A DNA stretch of 64,000 nucleotides from Rhina ancylostomus (taxonomy: Eukaryota): NCBI GenBank assembly GCA_030265395.1, contig JARFYF010000104.1:35588672-35652671 (forward strand). The letters run 5' to 3'. Positions 1 to 11,600 of the stretch are shown here, in pieces. How positions within the stretch are numbered: position 1 is the stretch's first letter; each line of letters starts with the position of its first letter. The notes beneath the pieces were generated by a model, which saw nothing but the letters and a program-made list of their open reading frames with translations, searched no databases and was not told the DNA's origin. The translations under genes were made by a program, and so were the position numbers.

Positions 1-654
1 ATATGCATATTGGGGGATATGTTGTTCATGCATAGGAAAGAGGTTAGATGATGTGGTCCACCATAGTCACTGCTTACCATGAATTTATGCAGATGCATAG
101 CTCTAGGGCATTATGTACATGTTATTTTAATACATACTGTAAGCTACTCCTTTCACAAGAAGTTTGAAGGGATATTTTAAAACTGATTTACAACCTCCTT
201 GTGTTCAGTTTTATGTTTCAATATATCTAGTCTTACATCTTCCTCACTTACAGTGATTCAGCTTCTCCTGTTCTAAATCCTGCTATGCTAACAACGAACT
301 ACAAGGTAAATTACATAAGGCAGTGTTACTTGTCTGATGGGACAGCTGACAGGAAGTCAGTTCACCCCAGTCTTGTTCATCCGATCACTAACTGTAAAGG
401 CAGTAACCAGAAATCAGCAGCTCTGAGAAGTGGCTTCAGCCAGCACCCTGAGACACCTCACATCCCCAAAAGAGGCTGTGTCCAAAGCACCAACTTGTTA
501 AAGTTTATCAACTAAATTTACAGCAGCTTTTTCAATCGATTCACACAAATTTAATGAAGATATTGTGAATGTGTCCAGAAATGGTACGATATGATACATT
601 TTCTGCTCTTGACTTTATGTGTCTGTATTTTGGGATGTGGCAAAGTTGTGAAGG

Positions 655-860
655 CCAAAATTTACTGCTCATCCCCAATGCACATGCCAAGAGTGGTGAG
701 CTAGCACTTTCAATCACAGCAGACCCAGTGGTGAAAGTACTCCCACAGCGCTCGTGAGTAGGGAGTTCCAGAAATGATGAAGGAACAATGCTGCTTTTCC
801 AAGTCATGATGGCATGTGACTGGAGGCCAAAGTGCAGGTGCAGGTGTTCTTTATGTCCTT
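655..860 (-). mobile_element. Decayed 3' end of an elasmobranch non-LTR retrotransposon (L2/CR1 group)
   Basis: AATTTACTGCTCATCCCCAATG...GGGAGTTCCAG...GATGAAGGAAC...TTCCAAGTCATGATGG resembles a common shark/ray LINE tail; related short pieces near 51980-52060 and 54550-54605. Confidence 0.5.
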
Positions 861-3800
861 GTTTTTCATTGCACCTAAAATCTTCATCTGGTCCAAATTT
901 CTGATCCATCCTTTGTGTGGGACCCTATATTAACCTACTACATGTTGGTTCTTATATTGGTTTCAATTATGGACACTGTTAATTTGTAAATGGCTTTACA
1001 GGAAACTCTTTACTTTCTTATGCCATCTAATAATTGCATAACTACATCTCTTTTCTCCATTTCTGAAGGAAATTGTACACCTTGCACTGTTGACAGCCAT
1101 GACGGTTATTTTATGCAGTGTAACTGGTTGCTCTGCTCATTTTGCAACATTCCTTCAGATATTTTCCAACAAGCCTTTGAATCATCACATCCTGAAGCAT
1201 TCAGAAATGAAGTTGACTACAAAAGGCAGAAGTGGCAGTTGCTGTACTAATACTGACTTCACCAATTTCACATGACCATTACAACTGTTTAGGTATAGAT
1301 ACTTTTATGTGGCCGATAGCAACTTATCAGAAAGTCCAGACAATGTTTGTTTGATAAAATATTGCCTTTTAAGCACTGTTGAAACTTTATGATGAAGCAC
1401 CATAATCACTGGGGTGTAGTCTGAAGGAAGAAACAATCTCTTTACTTGGAAATATTAGCCAGCAACATTCAATGAGAGTTCACTTACTTTATATAAGCAG
1501 AAATATACAACTTTAAAGTATCTTATTTACTCAGAAATGAATTAGGGAAGAGGGGAAAAACACTACTTTGGAATTTCATGTCACATTGGAAAAAAGGCTG
1601 AAAGGCCTGCAGTATTTCATGAGAAACCTGAAGTCCTTTATCTATTCCCCAGCAAAGACAAAAACAAAACATGCCACTTTTCTTTGATAAAAGGTGTAAA
1701 ATGTCATTTATGGGACAGCCAGGAACTTAACCATATTGTTAATTTTAAAGACAGAACTTCAAGTCCTCAACATTAAAATTAATCATGAGATTGATCGAAG
1801 TCAAATAGAAAAAAATCCTGACGAAAGTGGGACCAAAGACCAAAATAAACCAGTTTATCAAAGATGTCAGAACAAAACTGTATAATCCACTGTAAAGCCT
1901 CCTCTATTTATAATTCAAAGGTGTTGTTCACAGAACATAAAAGCACTCTTTTCTGATATTAAATACTCAAGATGTAGAACTGAAAGAAGTGTTCACTGTT
2001 CAGTGTTTTTGCAATCTTGACATCAGCTAAAGTTTCCTTTGTAAATGAACATTTCCTTTTTACTCACTCTCAAATTTAAGATAATTAGTTATGCACGCAG
2101 GGTTTTCTTAAGTGTTTATTTTGTTCCAATCTCACTACTGTATTAGGTTTACAAAGGGAAAGTGAAGATTACATTAATAAGCTTTTGTGATATTTTGCGT
2201 TACTCATTTTCCTTGTTATATTCTTTGCTGACTTCTCAGCAAATTGTTTAAGAAAAGAGTGCTATGTGGTGGGGGCCACGTGCAAATTCCCATTTGTTTC
2301 CAGATGGGACAGCTTTAATTTAATTTGCTGAAAGACTAAATTCGCTGGATTTTCAAGGTGGCTGCTTCTGTGACTGGAGTCTCTCATTAGCATGGAGGAA
2401 ATCTGCATCCAAATTGCAGTATTGCTAGATTTTGCCGATACTTTCTTCTGTAATCCATTTCCCAAGCAAAGTTAGTAACCAAAAGATTCCACCTTCAGAA
2501 GTCTTCACACTGTGTCAGGCAACACTGGTGTTGTATTTTGAATTATGTTACATGCTCCTCCTATCCTCTCCCCCACACAGCCCCTGCCAAAGTCATCTGA
2601 CAGGAAACTAAAGATTAAGTTTGTCCTACCGAAGAGAACAAAGAGCCCACAGAGTAGTGAACCAGCTTACTGCAGAGTGCAAACTTTCTAATCCACCCCA
2701 AATCTTAGGATTTTCTGGGAAGTGTTAATGCAAAGTTGTTTCAATGCTTTAGTATTTTGTCTGTGGATCATCTTTCGACACTTTAGCATTTACACCCACC
2801 ATTTCCATAAAGGTTAACTTGAAGCACCAAACATAATCATGTGGAAAATAGACTTTATTGATTGCTATGGTCTATTGTTCCCCTTTTTTAAGTCCCTGTA
2901 GTTCAAGTTCAATCTGGAATTACATCATGTCTGGTTTCCCTTGGTTACGAGACAGCTTGCGACGTGACCATGATTAGAGAGAAACAAATAATCATCTTCA
3001 TGTATCAACTCCTCATCTACTCAAATATAAACTTCTTTTCCACAAGGACACCTGAAGGATGCACTGCAGTCAATTTATGGATTATAGTCTAAATTAGATT
3101 ATCTAATGGCTTCTTAATGGATTATTAATCCACTTGCATTCATNNNNNNNNNNNNNNNNNNNNNNNNNNNNNNNNNNNNNNNNNNNNNNNNNNNNNNNNN
3201 NNNNNNNNNNNNNNNNNNNNNNNNNNNNNNNNNNNNNNNNNNNATCTGCATATCTGGGTTTCTTGGATCGAAATTCCTGAGAGGAATAACTGCAAAATTA
3301 TATTTAGTTCTATGAAAATTTAATGATTCAGCTACATTAATCATGTAGGATATTTTCTAAGTACAGTGAGGTTTCTAGGCTGTAAGTTTAATTTTTGTTA
3401 AAACAATCAATCTGTTTTTCCTCATACAAAGAACTAACATTTTTTTTTCTTATTGCACTATATATCAAGTGAAAAGTTTCTGAAAATGTTCCACAAATCT
3501 AAATTGTAGCAGTGACAAAAATAAAAGCAGGAATACTAAGTCATTTAGTCTGCCTTTTTTTCCCAAAGACTTTGATTCAAGAACACTAAGCAATCTTTTA
3601 AGTCTTTCACATACAATTATCGAGTTAAACATCCTCCTCCAGAGTATAGACTGAAACAGCTGCTTCACTGTAAGCTTAATGTAAGTTACTGCAGTAACAT
3701 AAACTTATGGCAGGAAGTGCTGACCCATGTATTTGCCAGGATAGTCAAACAGAAACATTTATTTTTTTCCGAGAAGAGGAAAAGAAATAAGAGTATTGAT

Positions 3801-5533
3801 GCTACAAGCAAAAGGATTAACCTTTTGAGTACTGAATTTCATGCCACTTTTCATTTGGCTCTGCTTCCCATCACCCAATATCTATAAGGCCATCAGTCGC
3901 TTGAACAGTCAGAAATCTGAAGACTAACAACAATGAAAGAAAGGCTATAAAACTTCCTACAATAGGACAATTAAATGACAGATTGGGCACACCGCCAAAT
4001 CATACTTTTTTTCCAAGATTTAGAAGAAACTTAAATCTGGCCTAGAACACGTAAATGCTCCTAACAAAGTCTCACTCATTTGGCTTACTTTAAACAAAAC
4101 TGCCCCATTGCTTGACTGTCACTGAACCATGCTGTAATGCACAGTTCTTTAAAAAAAGATATTGCACCTGCAAACAGAAACAAACAAATCTATTGCACAG
4201 TGGTAAATGACCTCACCAAGGTACTTGGAATATGCCTTAAAAATCCCTATACATTACCATCATTGTATAACATTGTACAGACATTTACACTCAATAAACA
4301 AAATAAGCATAATTTGGCCTGTGATTCAGACTAAGGAATTTTATAATAAGCAATGCATTTAATACATAATCAATAGAAAGCTGTCCTAAATTTTCAAAAT
4401 GCTGAATTTATAATTGTACTTTAAATTTTAATTTGAAAATACATGATTCTTAATAAACAAAAGAGAAAAATATGAGAGCCAACAGTGTGGTGCAAAGTGT
4501 TGTTTCAATGAACATTTCTTCAAAAGTGTCCCTAATTTACTGGCTGGGGTCTAACTTTGCACACACTTAACAAAAAGTAATAACTTCTCTTCAAAAAAAA
4601 TCAGAATTGTAATTTTTAAGACTGCAGTATCCCTCTTTGCTGCCCTGCATCTGTTCAATTTCAACATCATTAAATGTCACCTTTGCTCTACAAAGAGCTT
4701 AATTTTGCTTTCTTGAAGTTGCAATAAGTACTTGGTTTTGCACACTCTATTACAAGTACCTGTACATTTAGAATACACCCACTTGTTTCACTATTTCAAA
4801 CACACAGGCAATATTCTGAGAATTTATAATTTCCCATCTTTTGCTCTCTTCTATAAAATTCACTAAGTCACCAGGGTCATACACTGGCCCTAACTGAGGT
4901 CAATGGTTTGCTCCAGGAACCACTGCTTTGCTATTGGCTAAGTCCTGGGATATACATGGCCTTACTTGCCTTTCCTCTCTATCCGGAAACCCCAGGTCTC
5001 TGCTGCCCTCCTTGCTATAGGGCAGCTGAGATAAAAGGTTCAGCCAGATGGGACTGGATCCTCTGAGTCACAAATGTGAAGATACAAATACTGGCGCACC
5101 AGTGTACTGTGCTACTTCACTGCAGAGCAAACTAATTATTAAACAAAAAGTTGTTTTTTTATAAAAAAGAAATTATAGATGTAAATGAAATAAAGAATAT
5201 CCTGAGTACCAAACATTAAGGGGTTAAAATTTCTTCTGTGAAAACTTTCCTTTAACAGAAATCCAGTCTTCTTACAGTACTCTGAACAGATGTTTTACAT
5301 TTAATTCTCTGAAGAGGATGGCAGCCATGTTTATATCGAGCAGTGTGGGAAAATACAAGTAGTTTAACATTTCCAAATCCACTGTACTCAAAGTACTAGA
5401 AAATACCGAGGTGGGAACTGACTCTTTTGATTTATACCAAATAGTAAAGTCTTGATGCTGGACAACAAGAAGAGATAATGCAGCTTCACTTTTGATATGC
5501 ATGTGTAGATTTTAGAAATATTTAAAGTATTAC

Positions 5534-5622
5534 CTTTGCCAAGCAATTCCCAATGTATCGTCACTGGCACTGGGGTATAAATGCCTGCCGTTTTGATTCA
5601 TGGTCCAGTCACAAATCCTCAG
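5534..5622 (-). CDS. NFIB: NFIB alternative cassette exon (89 nt, phase 0/2): [29 protein letters not shown]
   Basis: TTGACAG acceptor and AAG|GTAATA donor; in frame after exon ~10 or ~8; nearly identical to the recalled mammalian long-isoform segment [29 protein letters not shown]. Confidence 0.88.
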
Positions 5623-8600
5623 CTGTCAATTGAAACCTATCAGTGAGATTGGGTGTCGAGCAGAACTAGACTCCAAGAATACATGCAAAAAATTCACTTC
5701 CATTAAGAAAGGCATTAGTCTGATTAAGATGCAACACAGATTTCAATCAAGAAATATTAGAAAGTCAACCACATTGGTTCAACATTCCAGACAGACAGAC
5801 AGAGTAAAGGTTAACAAGAGAAAATGTTCACTTAGTTTGCTTTAAGGAACCGTTTCAGTAGCTGGAACTGGCAATTCATTTCTTCCAGTCCAGAAACCCT
5901 TTGTGTGGAGCTGTGAAGTACTGACGTAGGAACCTACACTGATCTTGGATGGCTCTACAGCAGATCCCTCCAGAAATTTTGTTTAGGAGCAATATTTGGG
6001 ATCATTAATATTCTTTGTCTGCCTTTTTCTTTATAATGACACCCAGGTTTAGATTCAACTTTAGTGACGGACCCCTGTACTTCTCCATGAAATATCATGG
6101 GGTAGATGTGCCTCATACACCAAAAACTGATTCCTTACACTGTATATAGAACCCTGATAAACAGTTGAGAATGAAATACACAATCACAGAAAAGAATCTG
6201 ACACAATGTAAACTGTTAATCTTAAAACAAAAAGAAAAATATAACTGAGAAGGTTTTTATATTTGCGTTTACATATTTAAAATTTTACCTTCCATACAAA
6301 CCACACATTTAAATTAGTTTATTATAAATAATATAGATAAAAAGTTCTCTTTAACTTTATAGGATCAAACATAATTACATCTCATTTAATGCATTAGTTA
6401 TTAAATACTTTAATCGGTACTATTGAAGTAACTTATCAATTATGATGAGTGTAATATTAGTAGATAATAAATGATGCTTATTGAATTTTCATGTAAACTA
6501 TATTTGACTTCTTAAAGAAATTTCAAGATTTTAGCTGAGTTTTGATTTTAATTAGATGCAGGCAAGTTTCCTAAGAGGCTCTTTATCTCTATTTCCATCA
6601 ATTAACTGGTTCTTTCCCAATCTCTGCTCAGTGATATAATCCATTTAGAATTCATGTGGTAGAATACAAGATACTTAAGATTAAGTGGGAGCAAAAGGGT
6701 TATTTACTTCCAGATTCTCATGTGTTTAATAATGCCAGGAAGTCTAAGTAAGTCCTGGCGAAATGTTTATACCCATTTCAAAAGAAGTTCATGCTTTGGA
6801 GGGTCCAAGCAGAATTTATGGTTCAGTAAAAAAAATCTTCCACTGATTTTGTATCACTGTGAGTAAAATGATGACTATTGAATCATGATGACAAAGAAAG
6901 TCATTTGGCCATTCAAATCTGTAATGGATCTTTGTACGGTATCTAGTCAGTGCCATTTGGTCACCTTTCAACCTGCATTTTTTTAAAAAAACTTTTAAAT
7001 GTTTCTCCAGTTCCCTTTTGAAAGCCACAGCTGAATCTGAATCCACTGCACTTTCAGGCAGTGCCATCCAGAAGATGGCCAGTCCTTCTATAATATCTGC
7101 TCCAACTTTTCTCACCTGGATGTATTCCCTTTCAGATATTCACACTAAGCACAGCCAGTCTTCTCATTACAGCCTCCTTATTAATTGTCATTGCATTCAG
7201 TATCTTCCCTTTTTACTGAGAGTACAACAGCATCCTTATCTTTAACAAAGATGAATACAGTATTCTCATTGGAGTAAATCATGGTAGATTTGACCTGCTG
7301 TCCAAATTGATCATCCATGGCATCTGCCTGCCCACACTGGCCCGGTCTGGACACCAAACCTGGATGAGCAGAATGCAGTGAGGCCTCACATTCAGGGAGG
7401 CTACAGGCAGCATACATCTGAGGGCCTGCCCCAATAATGCCTTGGAAATCTTTAACAGCAGCCAATGGCAGGAGCGGAGTCTCACCTTCTGTCAAAGTTG
7501 TGAGGCATTTTAAACAGGTTTTATAACACACTGATCTTTAGGGTCTTGCAAAATACTAAAATGTTATACACATTATTATTATTATTCAAACTATTTAAAC
7601 ATTTTAAAGAAATGATAAAAAAACACAAAATAATTAAAGATGTTAAAAATAAACCAAGTAAAAAAAAATCTTTTTCCTTGTAATCTCCAGGTTGCAAAAC
7701 CCATTCGAATCAAAAGGGATTCTGATTCAACACTGGGTTTGAATGTGACACTGTGAAGCTCTAGTATGTTCAGGTTTCACCACTGGATCCCACATGGAAC
7801 TGAAGAACACCCACATAAAGTCAATAGATACTTCCCCGAGTGGCTGCATGCTGGCAGTTGCCAGCCAGGCCCATTGTCTCCATGCATAAATTAACTTTTT
7901 GACCACTAATTAACCCTGTCCTCCAACTTCCCACTCATTTTATATATGTTTGGTTTTCCTTTCATATTGACCATCAGCTTATTCTCAAATCCTCTCTTTG
8001 CCCCTCTTATCTTTCTCTCTTTTCACCTTTAGTCATTTTTTCCCTCATGCTGCATCCACCTTTTTTTTCCTTCATCATTCACTTTATCTCTTTTGTCATT
8101 CAGCGAGCTCTGCTTTGGCTACTCTAGATGACAACCAAACCATTGTTTCTTCAAAGACAGCCTATTGTTCTCTTGCGATTTTACCAATCAATCACCCATA
8201 GCAGGTCTCCTCTCATCACAGTAAAGTTCACTCTCCTCCAGTTCAGAAGTTCTAATCTAGACGGCTCCTTGCTAATTTAAACCTGAACAATGATCAGTGT
8301 TTCCATTATGTTCCCTCTCACACTTAGTCAACATTGCCCAATTCATTCCCCAGAACCAGATCCAACAACATCTCCTTCCTTGTTCGGATTGAAGCAGACT
8401 TCAGAAAATTCTTCCCCTCTCCCACCCCACTCCTTTTCAATTTCAATCTTCTTACTCTAACATTTTCCCAACCAGCACTCCAGTACATGAATCCCACATT
8501 ATCATCACCATAGTACAGTTCTTCCCTCTAGATTTCACCTACTGCCTCCTTGTCCTACGCAATGGACTGTGGAATCTCCAGAATATCTCCCAGTAGAGAA

Positions 8601-11600
8601 ATGGTGCATTTATTGTATCTAAACTTTAACTAGAAGGATTCTGGCCTTGATGCCTCAGGGACATCCTCTTTCTCCATTACTGTAATAATCTTTATCAATT
8701 AGTATTGGCACCCAATCCTTCTTTCTTCACTTCCCCTAAACATATTACTTACAGAAACGTACAGTACTCTTACCTGCTTATTTCAAACCATGTCTGTATC
8801 ATTTTACAGAGCACATTTTTTGACTTACTCTAAATATTTTTTCCCATTCAATGCAGGTCCTCCTCGGGATATGTACACCCAACTTATTGACACAACCCTT
8901 ACATACAAATGAGCGCTTGGGAGACCAGCGAGATGGATATAGATTCGTTGGCAGCTGCAGCTTTTCCATGATTTCCATGTGCCCTCATTCCCCTTTTCCC
9001 ACTTATTTATTCCTTTCCTTTCCTGTCCTGTCCTGAAGGTGCTCTTGAATGTTAAACTACAACTATTCATGCACATTAAGTAGTCCTGAGTTTGAGCTAG
9101 AGTGTAAATCTGGTGTTCAACCATAAGACCATCATAGCCAAGGCCAGTTCTTTAGATTTCACCTTTCCATGCCAGTGAGTTCCCAATTTCAGTCACACGA
9201 ATGGAAAGCTCCAAGTAGTAACATCAATTGGGATAGAGGGAAATTCAAAAGCATATCAATTTCTGGAATACTCATATTCTCCTTTGTGTCAGTGCAAAGT
9301 AGCAACAAGCCAGAACCCTGACAAAGAGATCAGTAAACAATAACTTGAAACCCTAATATAAAAATACACAGTATATAGAACACTTATACAGCACATATTA
9401 ATATTACAATAAAAGCTAAAAAGTGGCTTATGATTTTCTTTTAGAGTGAAATGAAATAAAATTGAGTTCCCCAATGTCTGCATTCTGAGCATTTTCATTC
9501 TGGTAAAAGAACATTTGCACATTTTGCCTCATTCACGGTATTTTTAATTTTAAGTCATTACCTATTACATGCGAGTGAAACATTGCAAAATTATTAGCAA
9601 CTAGATGGTCCCCTACTCTGACATTAAAATGCTGATTGCACAGCAAAAATCTGCCGCTGTACGTCCAAGTAGTTTTAAGTTCTGACTGGATATCTAATAC
9701 ATTTTGTACTGGCTTTAGGTCCCCAATCAAAGCTTTAGGTCCTCAATCTTGGCTGCTTTAAGCATGACTTTCAAATCCCTCCACACCTTTATTGGCATTT
9801 TAATCTTTCATCTTTAACCTTTATCCTGAAGCCTAAACCATTCTGTAACTTACAACTGCATATTACATAGCCTCAAAAGAAATGTGGATCGGAATTTAAG
9901 CCATTAGTGGACTGAGATATAACGATGACCTGTGGCAATGACAGGTGAGTTTCCCTGGAGTTTGCGCAAAGCGATGTCAAAATTGTTCCCTGATGAAAGA
10001 GCCATACTATAAGAAGTTGGAAAAGAGAAGCCAAAATAAAGTTGTTGTTATCCTCCCATATCCTGCAGGTTCTCCACTTGTAGCTTGGATCTATTTTTAC
10101 TTCCTTCAGTTGGTTCAGATTTGAAAATCATCAAGTTATCCTAAAAACTAGGCTGTATTGGGTCAGTTCTTTCAACACTTGATGTGCCAATTTGCTTTCA
10201 ACTGCATTCACAAATCTTGAGCACACATTTTAGTGTGGATTAAGCCGCTCTCGAACTTGGATTGTATGATAGCCTGCAAGACATACATGCAGAGTTGGCA
10301 AGATTTTAATCTTCATGCAACTCTGCCTTGCCATCTTCTCACAGCTACCATTGAGCAAGAGGTACTGTGAGGCCTGAAGCCCCACAGCACCAGGTTCAAG
10401 AACATCTACTTCTCTTCAACCATTCAGTTCTTGAATCAACCTGCACAACCCTAATCATTACCTCAGTAAAACAATATCATGACCACTTTGGACTGTTTTT
10501 TCTTGTTCTAATTGTGTCCTTTCTTGTAAAAATTATAATTAATTTATGTTTTTCTTGTGAATGCTGCTTATATGATGCTATGTGCCTGTGATGCTGCTGC
10601 AAGTAAGTTTTTCATTGCACTTGTGCATTCATGTACCAAGTGCATATGACGATAAACTTGACTTTGACTTTTAACTTCGAGTTGACACCAATACAAATGA
10701 ATTGGGCTGTTGTGACACTGCTAATGCTATACATTGAATCTTGCTGACCCCTCAACAAACTACTGGCATTTATCCTTGTAAATGCAAGCAGGTCTGGACT
10801 TTGGAACACACTTACTTGAATAAGGAAGTCCCAAATTTGTTAAGTTTCCTCATAGTGAACTTGTTAATACAGTATATTCCATTACTGAACTCCACAGAGA
10901 AGCCAATGACAGAACACAAATTTGCTGAGATTCCCCTTGCACACTTCAAATGGTATTTTATAGCTGCCAGGAATAAACTTAAGAATGAGGTGATACTTTT
11001 TCAATAACTATTGGCATTTACTTTGATGCTTTCAGTTATTTTTAAATGTTTTGTCATGATTTCATACAGTTTGGAAATGTTTGAATCATTTATTTCAATT
11101 TTAATAGTTGTTGAATGCTTTTGGGCATTCAGAAGTATTTGAAAAGCTTCACAGCTTTGACAGATAGCAAAGTCGGCAGCGTTTAGAGACTGCCTACCAA
11201 TGGTTTTCCCCTGCTGTTTTGTGGGTGGGGAAGATTTTGATCCACTCAGGGGACTAAATTACATGGTGTGAGAGTGCGGCCTTATCGAGGACGCTCTCAA
11301 CTGGCAAGTTCAGACCTAGGCAGCCAAACTAGGTAAGTGCAGGGCAGTGAGAGTGGGTGGTGGATTCCACTGAACAAAATCCAGGCCATTGTGTTAATCA
11401 CACATGGAAAATTTTTGATGTTTTGCAGTCAAAAGTACTCCCATCCTAACCTTCCCTACTTAAGGGGTTCCTGAATGATTCTGCAGGTTTCTTAAGAGTG
11501 CAGTTTGTTGGAGAGAAACTGCTTGTACTTATCTGCTAGAGATAACGTTCTGTCAACCTTTCAGAGGATGCTGTGGCAGGGTTTGATCTGACAATGTCTT

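Noticed and set aside
1-5533. NFIB terminal exon (SWYLG*)
   Set aside because: No TCCTGGTACCTGGG-like sequence with an acceptor was found by eye. CAG|TGGTTCCTGGAG near 4912-4925 lacks a pyrimidine tract and the expected peptide. The exon is probably left of the window.
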